Positions 13,652-22,447 of a DNA stretch of 32,765 nt are shown here, piece after piece. Position 1 is the stretch's first letter, and the number at the start of each line of letters is the position of its first letter. Location of the stretch: IMG/VR virus record IMGVR_UViG_3300037313_000311, positions 1 through 32,765 of that record; one strand, given 5' to 3'. The position numbers and the translations under genes are program-made. The notes beneath the pieces were generated by a model that worked only from the letters and a program-made list of their open reading frames with translations, was not told where the DNA came from and ran no database searches. The DNA comes from a virus. Lineage: Duplodnaviria > Caudoviricetes.

Positions 13652-14478
13652 GCAGGCCCTGGATGCCACTTTATGTGGCCGACTATCTAGCAGACACCGC
13701 GCACCTGAGTGCAGCGGAGCATGGGGCATACCTCCTGCTCATCATGCACTATTGGACCAAGGGCAAGTTGCCGGCCGATGAGGATGCTATTCGGCGCATC
13801 ACCAGACTGAGCAACCATCAATGGACAAAATCCCGTGACGTTCTAGCGTCACTTTTTTTGGACGGGTGGCGTCACAAGAGAATTGACGAGGAGCTGGCTA
13901 AGTCCCTTGAAAAGTCTAAGGTCAATTCTGCGAACGCTAAGCGATCGCACGATGTTCGCACGGCGAACGCAGAGCGAACGCACACACAACCACAATCACA
14001 TACACATAAAGAAGATAATATAGCAGAGGCGCGGGCGAGCAATTTCACTGAGGGCTCGAAGGCATTGGCCTCTGTCCTTTGGAAAGCCCTTGGTCACCAA
14101 AGCGCGCTGAGCATACCGCCCGAACTTGCGGGTGCGGATTGGCGAGCCATCGAATGGGAAAAGGCTGGCTGGCCGCCCGATATGATCGAAGCCGAAGCTC
14201 GGCGGATCGGTCCTGGAAAGCCGCTAGTCTACTACGAAAAGGTATTTGCAACCTCGTTTGCCAAACGGCAGGCGCCGCTTCCTGTTGTCGAAATCAAGGA
14301 AGCGGAAAAACTCACGGTGGTGAAAAATGTTCAAAAAGGTAGTCCATTCGACGCGGCCTATGACCGAGTCCTCGAAAAGCTTAACGCAGGCTTCGCAAGC
14401 GGCCCATCTGAAGAATGTGATGGCCCTGCAACGGGGGAAGATCATGCTCGATTGTTGGCGTACAGGCAGCGCCAATAG
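13648..14478 (+). CDS. DUF1376/YdaU-family replication initiator
   Basis: PWMPLYVADYLADTAHLSAAEHGAYLLLIMHYW signature; TTG start at overlap, GGAGG SD; internal iterons. Confidence 0.85.
   Translation: MSRPWMPLYVADYLADTAHLSAAEHGAYLLLIMHYWTKGKLPADEDAIRRITRLSNHQWTKSRDVLASLFLDGWRHKRIDEELAKSLEKSKVNSANAKRSHDVRTANAERTHTQPQSHTHKEDNIAEARASNFTEGSKALASVLWKALGHQSALSIPPELAGADWRAIEWEKAGWPPDMIEAEARRIGPGKPLVYYEKVFATSFAKRQAPLPVVEIKEAEKLTVVKNVQKGSPFDAAYDRVLEKLNAGFASGPSEECDGPATGEDHARLLAYRQRQ
13930..14022. repeat. iteron array plus CA-rich/AT-rich tract: likely replication origin
   Basis: GCGA(A/T)CGC at 13930, 13941, 13963, 13974 (11-bp phasing), then CACACACAACCACAATCACATACACATAAAGAAGATAATATA. Confidence 0.7.
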
Positions 14479-14914
14479 CACTGACACCTACCTAACGGCG
14501 GTAGCGGCCGTCCTCGCGCGCTACCCGGATCAGGTGATTTACGCGGTGACGAGCCCAACTGAGGGCCTCCCGGTCCAACTCACTTGGATGCCGTCGCTGA
14601 AGGAGGTGCGCGATGCCTGCGAGAAGGAGATGGAGCCCATCTATCGCCGGCAGCGGGAGGAGAAGGTCATAGCGGAAACGTTGGCGGCAAGAGCTGAGCC
14701 GCCGCGCGACGAGCGCCCGACGATCACGGATCTCAAGGCCAAGTACGGCGAGAATTGGGGCCTGACCTCGCTGGACAAGCCGGAACACAAACCAAAGCCG
14801 GCGCCGACCAAGGAGGAATTGGCGGCGCATTACCGAGTGTACGGATTGGCGTTCAAACCTAAGCATCACGAAGGGGCAGAAAGTGGCACGAACGAAGAGA
14901 CGAACGCCGTATGA
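14327..14914 (+). CDS. replication-module protein (helicase-loader position)
   Basis: Follows and overlaps the initiator; YLTAVAAVLARYP...WMPSLKEVRDAC; start uncertain (14327-14444). Confidence 0.6.
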   Translation: MFKKVVHSTRPMTESSKSLTQASQAAHLKNVMALQRGKIMLDCWRTGSANSTDTYLTAVAAVLARYPDQVIYAVTSPTEGLPVQLTWMPSLKEVRDACEKEMEPIYRRQREEKVIAETLAARAEPPRDERPTITDLKAKYGENWGLTSLDKPEHKPKPAPTKEELAAHYRVYGLAFKPKHHEGAESGTNEETNAV

Positions 14915-15461
14915 TCCGAGCAAGGCACACGATCGGAGGGCAACCGAATCCAATCGCGGCGTAGTGAACTACCTCACGCCGGAAGAGGTGGACGATCCAT
15001 ACGAGGCGGGGGCAAAGATCACAGTCATGCGGTCAACACGAAATGACCCGCTGGCCGGAATGCATGCGCGCAAGACGATTGACGAAGCGCAGTATTGGGG
15101 CGGCCGGGCTTTCCAGAAGGATTTCGAGGCGGCAGAGCGCGGTCCGAGGGCGATCGACCCGAGCAAAGAGTTCGTTGACGGCGGGTTGCTGCCAGAACCC
15201 ATCACGGAAGCCCAGCAAGAGGCAGCCATTCGTTTGGCTGGCGTATACCGGGAATTGGGCCAGATCGCATCAACGCTTCTCCACGACGTTCTAATCCACG
15301 GCCACGGCTATAAGCAGATTGCTGCGGCGCGCGGGCTGGAGGGAGAGCGCTGGGAGAAATTCTTCGGGATGAGTGTTCATCTGCATTTGCATACGCTGGC
15401 GTTCCTCTACGGGTTTGCGAAGGAGCGGACAGGGCGGAAACGGATAGATGTTGATAACTAA
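14883..15461 (+). CDS. late-gene regulator (Q-antiterminator position, C-terminal HTH)
   Basis: C-terminal HGYKQIAAARG HTH-like segment; directly upstream of a promoter-terminator pair preceding the late genes. Confidence 0.65.
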   Translation: MARTKRRTPYDPSKAHDRRATESNRGVVNYLTPEEVDDPYEAGAKITVMRSTRNDPLAGMHARKTIDEAQYWGGRAFQKDFEAAERGPRAIDPSKEFVDGGLLPEPITEAQQEAAIRLAGVYRELGQIASTLLHDVLIHGHGYKQIAAARGLEGERWEKFFGMSVHLHLHTLAFLYGFAKERTGRKRIDVDN

Positions 15462-15480
15462 ACCGTGAAGTTAAGTGTTA

Positions 15481-15510
15481 TTGACGGTCCGGCGAATATG
15501 GTACATACGT
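15481..15510 (+). promoter_or_regulatory. late promoter candidate
   Basis: TTGACG at 15481-15486 followed by TGGTACATAC -10-like region; exact -10 ambiguous. Confidence 0.55.
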
Positions 15511-15588
15511 CAGGCTCGCAAGTGATTTGCCTTCAGCACGTAAATCACACCAATGGGCCGTCAACCCTGCGGGAATAGCGCCAGAAAG

Positions 15589-15627
15589 AGGTCGTTTCGA
15601 GAAATCGAGGCGGCCTTTTTCGTTTTT
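15589..15627 (+). terminator. intrinsic terminator in the late leader
   Basis: AGGTCGTTTCGA-GAAA-TCGAGGCGGCCT stem (G-U pairs favour + strand) then TTTTCGTTTTT. Confidence 0.85.
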
Positions 15628-15829
15628 GAAATTCAGTTCGGGCGGCGCCGCATCACTCGCTTACCCCTCCCCTGGCGGCTACTTAAAGCCGAGAGCGAGC
15701 ATTTCCTGCCGGCTGCCGCCCGGAGCCTATCGATCTCGGTATACCGATTTCGAATTCCCGATCTGGGGACAACTACCACCAAGCGGATGAGGGGTCATCG
15801 CTGGTGATCAGACAGGGGAGATTGAGGCG

Positions 15830-16033
15830 ATGAAGAAAACCATGCGACGACGTAGGCCGATCCGCATAGGCGGAAAGGTATGGGGAACGGAGCGTTTTAC
15901 CAACCATTGTGAGCGCGCGGAGGTAATCCGCAACGGCGGCAATATGGGCGAACACTCGTGGCCTTGGATTCATCAGGCAGAATGCCGCGCTGGTATGCAG
16001 CGGGTTATGCGCAAGGTGAGGCGTGCCGCGTGA
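15830..16033 (+). CDS. small basic hypothetical protein
   Basis: GAGG SD; TGATG overlap with next gene. Confidence 0.6.
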   Translation: MKKTMRRRRPIRIGGKVWGTERFTNHCERAEVIRNGGNMGEHSWPWIHQAECRAGMQRVMRKVRRAA

Positions 16034-16224
16034 TGGGTGATTTCGGGTCGAGTGGGGCAACAACGATTGCCGCAGATATCAAGGCTGACGGTCTTGCAAC
16101 GCTCTTGGTTGAGCATGGGCCAGGCACCGAGCTTGAAAAGAAGCTCAACCAGATTCTTGAGACGCAGCAAGCCATCCTGCGGCTTCTGGCCCCGAGGTCT
16201 GGATCATCGCTAAGCGATTGTTGA
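16033..16224 (+). CDS. hypothetical protein
   Basis: MGDFGSSGATT... start at TGATG overlap. Confidence 0.55.
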   Translation: MGDFGSSGATTIAADIKADGLATLLVEHGPGTELEKKLNQILETQQAILRLLAPRSGSSLSDC

Positions 16225-16286
16225 GGCATCGGGATTTCCTGATGACCGATAGGTGCAGACGCGGGCTCAGTGGTGCGGTGAACCAA

Positions 16287-16514
16287 ATGGCAGAAATCTT
16301 CAACATCCGCGACTATCAATCCGCCAAAGACCGAGAGCGCATAGCCAAGATGGCGCGAGAGATCATGGATCAGATAGACACTAGCCCGAGCGAGTTGATG
16401 GGGCCGGTTCACTATACGATGGATTCTGCGCCTTGCGAAAAGCCGCCCTACGGCGGGGCCGGGATTGACGGCATGTGGCCGAACTACAAGGCGCCGGACA
16501 AAGATCCTGCTTGA
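16287..16514 (+). CDS. hypothetical protein
   Basis: MAEIFNIRDYQ...; ORF 16218..16514 trimmed to ATG 16287. Confidence 0.65.
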   Translation: MAEIFNIRDYQSAKDRERIAKMAREIMDQIDTSPSELMGPVHYTMDSAPCEKPPYGGAGIDGMWPNYKAPDKDPA

Positions 16515-16965
16515 TACGATTGATTTGTACTGGCTCGGCCGCAGGCTGGATATCGCAACTGAGGAAGTCAGAAGGTTAAATCCTGAAATGGCCATTTGGG
16601 AACTGAAGCGTGCGTTCCCTGGTCTAAAGGCAGTATCACCGACCAAAGACGGCAACCAAGTCTTTCACTTTGAAGACAGAGACTTGGAAGTCGGGCCGAT
16701 GGCGTCAAATGACGAGATCAGGGCGGCGCTGAAGAATCCCTGGATACGAACGGAAAACACCAAGATGTCGATAGCAGACGATCTTAAAGCTGCAAGGGCC
16801 AGGCTTCAGAAAGCTAGGCAGAACGCATCAAACGCGGTCGCGGAATCTGCGAGCGTTGCCAGCCTTGTTCTGGAAGAGATTGCCAAGGTCGAGAAAGAGA
16901 CCGAGGACATGCGCGCCGAGATCGCTGGGTTGAATGGCGGCCCAGCGTTAGAGCCGGGCAAATGA
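16465..16965 (+). CDS. hypothetical protein with C-terminal coiled coil
   Basis: 166-aa ORF, start uncertain; ATGA overlap downstream. Confidence 0.6.
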   Translation: MTACGRTTRRRTKILLDTIDLYWLGRRLDIATEEVRRLNPEMAIWELKRAFPGLKAVSPTKDGNQVFHFEDRDLEVGPMASNDEIRAALKNPWIRTENTKMSIADDLKAARARLQKARQNASNAVAESASVASLVLEEIAKVEKETEDMRAEIAGLNGGPALEPGK

Positions 16966-17198
16966 CCAAGGCAGCAGACGATTGCGAGGCCATCCGGCGC
17001 AGGCTTGAAGAAATCGAGGCAGAGCAGAAGCTGGCGCTGACTGGATCTAGCGCGCCAACGCAGGAACAGCCTAAGGAAATCGAGAGCGTTTATGGCTATG
17101 GCGGCGGGATTGATTATTGCGCACTCAAGAGCAGCGCTCATTTAGGATGGCCCTACGCCGGAACTGGCTTCGAATGGCGGAAGTTTGTCCGCAGCTAA
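16962..17198 (+). CDS. hypothetical protein
   Basis: 78-aa ORF at ATGA overlap. Confidence 0.65.
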   Translation: MTKAADDCEAIRRRLEEIEAEQKLALTGSSAPTQEQPKEIESVYGYGGGIDYCALKSSAHLGWPYAGTGFEWRKFVRS

Positions 17199-17217
17199 CA
17201 GCACCTAAAACAGCGTC

Positions 17218-17517
17218 ATGTCGAGCGAAGAGCCTAAAAGGGTCATAGGGCGGCCATTCCAGCCCGGCCAGAGCGGTAATCCAAACGGACGGCCCAAGAG
17301 CAAGCCCTTCAAGGAAGCTCTCCAGAGGGCTCTAAACGCCGCTGGCGACGATAGGGATATGCTGGAGGCAGTTGCTACTGCGCTGGTTGGCAAAGCCATG
17401 ATGGGCGATGTGCCGGCGATTAAGGAATTAGCCGATCGCATGGACGGCAAGGTAACTCAACCCATTGAAGGCGACGCGGACGGGGAGCCGATCGTCATCC
17501 GATGGCAGAAGTCGTAA
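17218..17517 (+). CDS. terS: terminase small subunit (DUF5681-type)
   Basis: RPFQPGQSGNPNGRPK motif, AIKELADRMDGK; directly upstream of TerL. Confidence 0.8.
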   Translation: MSSEEPKRVIGRPFQPGQSGNPNGRPKSKPFKEALQRALNAAGDDRDMLEAVATALVGKAMMGDVPAIKELADRMDGKVTQPIEGDADGEPIVIRWQKS

Positions 17518-18782
17518 TCCCGTATACGCCACGGGAACAGTTCATTCCCTATCACGAGCGCGCAGAGCGCTTTGCCAAGATCGTAGCGCATCGTCGCTTT
17601 GGTAAGACGGTTGGCTGCATCAACGACAAGATCAAGGCGGCGCTGACCAACACGAGGGCTTATCCGCCGCCACGTTATGCCTATGTGGCGCCGACCTATA
17701 CGCAGGCCAAGGACATCGCCTGGTCGTATCTGAAGCACTACAGCGCGCCCATACCGGGCATTCAGACATCGGAATCGGAGCTTTGGGTTGAATATCCTAA
17801 TGGAGCTAGGATCAGGCTCTACGGGGCCGACAATTACGATCGAATGCGCGGGCTCTACCATGATGGGGTCACTATCGACGAGCCTGCACAAATGGACCCA
17901 AGAGCGTGGCCTGAGGTTATCAGACCTACGCTTTCAGATTATTCCGGTTGGGGCACATTCATTGGTACTCCAGCCGGTCGAGATTGGTTCTACAAAATCG
18001 ACCTCAACGAAGATGGATCACCTGCTCCGGACTTTTTCCGCTTAACCCTGAAGGCCAGCGAAACCGGGATCATCAAGCCCGAGGAGCTGAAGAGCCTTCG
18101 GGTTGGATTGACGGAAGAGCAATACGCCCAAGAGTTCGAGTGTTCATTCGAGGCTGCGGTTGTCGGCGCTTATTACGGGCGGCTGATGAGTGCTGCAGAG
18201 CAGGATAAGCGCATTGCAGGGGTGCCTTATGAGCCAACCGTACAAGTCTATACTGCTTGGGACTTGGGCATCCGCGACGCCACCGCTATCTGGTTTGCAC
18301 AAGTGGTCGGAAGGGAAATCCACCTTATCGACTACTACGAAGCAACTGGCGTCGATCTTGGTCACTACGTACGCGAAATCACCCAGCGACCCTATCTGTA
18401 CGCGGGTCACATTGTACCACACGATGCCCAAGCTAAAGAATTGGGAACGGGCAAAAGCCGCCTGGAAGTTCTGGAAAGCCTTGGGCTGAAGAACATCACA
18501 GTCGCTCCTATGCACCGGGTGGAAGATGGAATTAATGCGGTTCGCACTATCATTCCACGTTGCTGGTTCGATGCTCGAAAGTGCGTTCGCGGAGTGGATG
18601 CACTTAAGCTGTACCGCTCTGAGTTCGATGACAAATTGCAGGCGCTAAAGCCGAGGCCGGTCCATGACTGGACGAGCCACGCGGCGGACGCCTTCCGATA
18701 TCTCGCGATGACATTGGATACAAAGATTGTGAACACCGGTTTCAACCGCACCATCCGCTATGCCAACCAGGGCTATGCCTGA
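17502..18782 (+). CDS. terL: terminase large subunit
   Basis: Walker A AHRRFGKT, Walker B VTIDE, GTP coupling motif, nuclease AWDLG..D and HAADAFRY. Confidence 0.95.
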   Translation: MAEVVIPYTPREQFIPYHERAERFAKIVAHRRFGKTVGCINDKIKAALTNTRAYPPPRYAYVAPTYTQAKDIAWSYLKHYSAPIPGIQTSESELWVEYPNGARIRLYGADNYDRMRGLYHDGVTIDEPAQMDPRAWPEVIRPTLSDYSGWGTFIGTPAGRDWFYKIDLNEDGSPAPDFFRLTLKASETGIIKPEELKSLRVGLTEEQYAQEFECSFEAAVVGAYYGRLMSAAEQDKRIAGVPYEPTVQVYTAWDLGIRDATAIWFAQVVGREIHLIDYYEATGVDLGHYVREITQRPYLYAGHIVPHDAQAKELGTGKSRLEVLESLGLKNITVAPMHRVEDGINAVRTIIPRCWFDARKCVRGVDALKLYRSEFDDKLQALKPRPVHDWTSHAADAFRYLAMTLDTKIVNTGFNRTIRYANQGYA

Positions 18783-19336
18783 TGCCCAAGATGTCCATGA
18801 TGGACCTCAAGGCGATGCTAGCGGCGCAGAAGGCGGATTCGCTTGCCGCTATGAGCGCAGCTGATTTGGCTGCCGAGCGATCTGACGCAATGGACTATTA
18901 CCTCGGCGATATGTCCAAGGACATGCCGGCGCAAGATGGCCGGTCCAAGGCCGTCTCTACGGACGTTGCCGATACTATCGAAGGCCTGATGCCGAACCTG
19001 ATGGACATATTCGCTGGATCTGATGAGGTTGTCAGATTCGAGCCCGTTGGGCCAGAGGATGAGGAGGCGGCGCAGCAGGAGACTGACTACGTGAACCACG
19101 TCTTCATGCAGCAGAATCCCGGCTTCATGGTGCTCTATTCCTTCATCAAGGATGCACTGCTTTCAAAGGTCGGCATTGTGAAAGTGTGGTGGGAAGAGCG
19201 CGAGGAAGAGCAGCGCGAGACCTATTATGATTTGACCGATGACCAGTTTGCGCTCTTGGCGCAGGCCGTAGCGAGTTCTGATGGCATGATGGAAATCGTG
19301 GAGCACACGGCCAAGCCGATGGGTGAGACCGCCTGA
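18782..19336 (+). CDS. portal protein, N-terminal part
   Basis: AMDYYLG...GRSKAVSTDVADTIEGLMPNLMDIF...FEPVGPEDEEAAQQETDYVN...DALLSKVGIVKVWWE: podovirus portal N-terminus. Confidence 0.85.
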   Translation: MPKMSMMDLKAMLAAQKADSLAAMSAADLAAERSDAMDYYLGDMSKDMPAQDGRSKAVSTDVADTIEGLMPNLMDIFAGSDEVVRFEPVGPEDEEAAQQETDYVNHVFMQQNPGFMVLYSFIKDALLSKVGIVKVWWEEREEEQRETYYDLTDDQFALLAQAVASSDGMMEIVEHTAKPMGETA

Positions 19337-21042
19337 TGGCCGTTTCTGCGCTTCCGATGGTCCACGATGTCACCATCGTCACGACCAAGAAGCTTGCCCA
19401 AGCCAAGGTCATGGGCGTTCCGCCGGAAGAATTCGGGATTGAGCGCGGCGCGCGAAATATTCGGGATTGCAATTACTGCTTTCACGAGGTCGTCACCAAG
19501 ACCGAAGGCCAGTTAATCGCTGAAGGCTTTGACGAGAACCAAATCAAGTCGCTGGGCGATTATACCGGCAACACCGATATCGAGACCATCGCGCGGGATT
19601 CGATCAACGAGCATTTTACATCAAGCGATGTGAACAAGGCTGCCCGTTTAGTCAAGATCACCGAGCATTACGTTCGGATGGATTATGAGGGCAACGGCCG
19701 GCCCTGCCTGTACCAGGTGATTACGGGCGGCGATCAGGGCGAAATCCTGCGTAAGGACGGCAAGGAATGCATAGAGCCGTTTGACGCGATTCCGTTCGCG
19801 ACTACAACGCCGGTTCCGATCACGCATCGCTTCTTTGGGCGGTCCATCGCTGATCTGGTAATGGACATTCAGCGTGTTAAGACCGCCCTGATCCGCGGCG
19901 CGCTGGATAATCTCTACCTGCATAATAACCCGCGGGTTGAGGTCGCAGAGGCTAACGCCGGTCCGAATACGCTGGATGACCTCTTGGTGAGCAGGCCGGG
20001 CGGCGTGGTTCGCACGAAAACGGCGGGAGGCCTTAATTGGCAGGTTGTCCCGGACATTACTGGTTCGGTCTATCCCATGTTCCAGTACATGGATGCGACC
20101 AGGGAGACCCGAACCGGTCTTTCCAACCAGTCGCAGGGCATTGATGCCGATGCCTTGCAGAACCAATCGGCAACCGCAGTCGCTCAGGTCTTCTCTGCAT
20201 CCCAGATGCGAATGAAGCTGATTGCCCGTATCATGGCCGAGGGTGTGCGCGATATCTTTGCGCTGCTGCACGGTACGATCAGGAAGCATGGCCAACAGCA
20301 ACAGACCGTTCGGTTGCGTAATACCTGGGTTCCGGTTGATCCGCGGCAGTGGAAAACCCGTAGTGACATGACCATCAATGTCGGCCTCGGGACTGGCGGC
20401 AAGGCGCAACAGTTCGCCCAGGTGATGGCGCTGGCGAACGTGCAGAAGGAAATGATTGCCGGCGGCAAGGTCAATCTGGTGGACGATCAGGCGCTGTTTA
20501 ACACGGCGTCTGAGCTGACGAAGATCATGGGGTACAAGAACCCGGATAAGTTCTTCAACGATCCGAGCGCGAAAGACCCGCAGACCGGGCAGCCATTGCA
20601 CCCGCCGCCGCCGCCGCCCGTTCCAGAAGCTGTGCAGGTCGCGCAGATCAAGGCGCAGACTGACCAGCAAAACATGCAGGTTCAGGCTCAGCTAGAGCAA
20701 CAGAGCGACGAGCGCAAGGCTGAGACTGAGGCGATCCAAGCTCAAGCCGACATCGCGACTCAGGAGCGCAAGACGCAGGCTGAGATGATCCAGTCTGAAC
20801 GGGAATTCGAGCTGAAAAAAGAGTTGGCAATTTTGGAATTCCAGCTCCAGCGAGAGCTTGAGACCGAAAAGCTGAACATGCAGCGCGAGATACACCAGCA
20901 ACAAATGGCGCATAGCGCGGAGGCCCATCGTCAGCAGATGGAGGCGGGCGTGTTCAAGACTGTGCAGGGCCAGGAACAGCACGAACAGAAGCTTGAACTG
21001 GCTGACAAGGCGGCCAAGGCCAAGCCGAAGGGCGATAAGTGA
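19336..21042 (+). CDS. portal protein, C-terminal part
   Basis: VPPEEF...HRFFGRSIADLVMDIQRVKT...LDNLYLHNNPR...DMTINVGLG; Gln-rich barrel-like tail. Confidence 0.9.
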   Translation: MAVSALPMVHDVTIVTTKKLAQAKVMGVPPEEFGIERGARNIRDCNYCFHEVVTKTEGQLIAEGFDENQIKSLGDYTGNTDIETIARDSINEHFTSSDVNKAARLVKITEHYVRMDYEGNGRPCLYQVITGGDQGEILRKDGKECIEPFDAIPFATTTPVPITHRFFGRSIADLVMDIQRVKTALIRGALDNLYLHNNPRVEVAEANAGPNTLDDLLVSRPGGVVRTKTAGGLNWQVVPDITGSVYPMFQYMDATRETRTGLSNQSQGIDADALQNQSATAVAQVFSASQMRMKLIARIMAEGVRDIFALLHGTIRKHGQQQQTVRLRNTWVPVDPRQWKTRSDMTINVGLGTGGKAQQFAQVMALANVQKEMIAGGKVNLVDDQALFNTASELTKIMGYKNPDKFFNDPSAKDPQTGQPLHPPPPPPVPEAVQVAQIKAQTDQQNMQVQAQLEQQSDERKAETEAIQAQADIATQERKTQAEMIQSEREFELKKELAILEFQLQRELETEKLNMQREIHQQQMAHSAEAHRQQMEAGVFKTVQGQEQHEQKLELADKAAKAKPKGDK

Positions 21043-21338
21043 CCGACGAAATAGCTCTCCAGAGGGCCACAGCACGGGCTGCACGCGCGCAACGTTTGCT
21101 TGAGGATGAACTACTGGTCGAAGCATTCAACTCGCTGGAAAGCGCTTATACGAGCGCCTGGCGGGCAACCACGATTGACGACGTGTCTGGCCGGGAAAAG
21201 CTGTTCCTTGCCATCAATATCGTTGGCAAGGTCCGAGATCATCTTACCAAGACTGTCAGCGACGGAAAGATAGCGCAGGCTGAATTGAAGCAGCTTGCCG
21301 AGACTGCCGAGCGCAGGAAGCGCTTCGGCGTAATCTAA
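21039..21338 (+). CDS. small helical head-module protein
   Basis: 99 aa between portal and scaffold, GTGA overlap. Confidence 0.75.
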   Translation: MTDEIALQRATARAARAQRLLEDELLVEAFNSLESAYTSAWRATTIDDVSGREKLFLAINIVGKVRDHLTKTVSDGKIAQAELKQLAETAERRKRFGVI

Positions 21339-21353
21339 CCAAAGGAACATCAT

Positions 21354-22436
21354 TTGACTGACGAAACCAGCGCCCCTGCTGGCGGCGAGCCTATTGCCGT
21401 CATCACCCCGGCGCCCGATACCGGAACCGATCTTTCCATTTCACAGGCCGCGCGAGCGCTCGCCAGCGCCCGGCACAAGCCGAAAGAAGAATCTGCTCCC
21501 GTTGAACAGCCCCGGGCTGATCCGGTCGAGCAACCCGAATTGGCGCAAGCCAACGCCGACCCTGTAGAGGCCCCCGGCGAAGACACCAACGCAGCCGAAC
21601 CGGCAGAAGAACTGCCGCCCATCGAGCCGCCGAGGTCTTGGACGCAGGCAGAAAAGGAACGCTTTCAATCCTTGCCTCGCGAAACGCAGGAATACCTGCA
21701 CACCCGCGAACAGGAACGAGACCGTGAATTCCGCCGAGGTCAAAACGAACTCGCTGAACAGCGCAAAGCCATCGAGGCCCAGCGCTCAGAGGCGGAAAAG
21801 GCAAGGCAACAGTACGAGGCCAAACTACCGGCCTTGATGCAGGCCCTGCACGATTCAAGCCCGTTCGCCGACATCAAGTCAATGGCTGACGTAGAGAAGC
21901 TGCAGGCGGATGATCCATTCCGCTTCCAGCAGTTCCAGGTCTACCAGTGGAAGATGCAGGGCGTTCAGGCTGAACTGCAGGAGACGGAACAGCGTAAAGC
22001 CAAGGAAGAGCAAACCAAATGGACTGAGCACGTCCAGGCGGAGAACACCAAGGCAGCAGAGCTGATCCCCGAACTTGCAGACAAGGTAAAGGGGCCCGCG
22101 CTGACAAACCGCGTGGCAACTGAATTGCTCCCAGCATTGGGCTTTAAGGACAGCGAACTTGCTGAACTGGCGGCCGGCAAATCGAAGCTTTCGATTTACG
22201 ACCATCGGATCCAGCGACTCCTCGCCGACTCCTTGCAGCTACGGGACATCCAGAAGGCCAAGACCACTGTAACCGCCAAACCCGTTCCTCCCGTTCAGCG
22301 GCCCGGAACCGCAAGGCCTGCGGGCAATGCGCAGTCCGAGCAAATCCAAGCCCTCACCCGAAAACTTGAACAGACCGGCGATTTGCGTGTCGCGCAACAG
22401 CTTCGTGCGTTGCAGGCCCACCGCCGGGCATCATAA
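21354..22436 (+). CDS. capsid scaffolding protein
   Basis: Acidic Pro-rich N-terminus, IEPPRSW motif, coiled coils, upstream of capsid; TTG start with AAGGA SD. Confidence 0.75.
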   Translation: MTDETSAPAGGEPIAVITPAPDTGTDLSISQAARALASARHKPKEESAPVEQPRADPVEQPELAQANADPVEAPGEDTNAAEPAEELPPIEPPRSWTQAEKERFQSLPRETQEYLHTREQERDREFRRGQNELAEQRKAIEAQRSEAEKARQQYEAKLPALMQALHDSSPFADIKSMADVEKLQADDPFRFQQFQVYQWKMQGVQAELQETEQRKAKEEQTKWTEHVQAENTKAAELIPELADKVKGPALTNRVATELLPALGFKDSELAELAAGKSKLSIYDHRIQRLLADSLQLRDIQKAKTTVTAKPVPPVQRPGTARPAGNAQSEQIQALTRKLEQTGDLRVAQQLRALQAHRRAS

Positions 22437-22447
22437 GGACTATCTAA

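Noticed and set aside
15460-15486. CtrA box near the late promoter
   Set aside because: Only one TTAA half-site; TTAA-N7-TTAA not satisfied.
16240-16300. CUGAUGA hammerhead-like core
   Set aside because: Followed by GAAC rather than GAAA, and stems I/III cannot be built convincingly.
19648-20670. 340-aa minus-strand ORF
   Set aside because: Antisense shadow of the portal gene.
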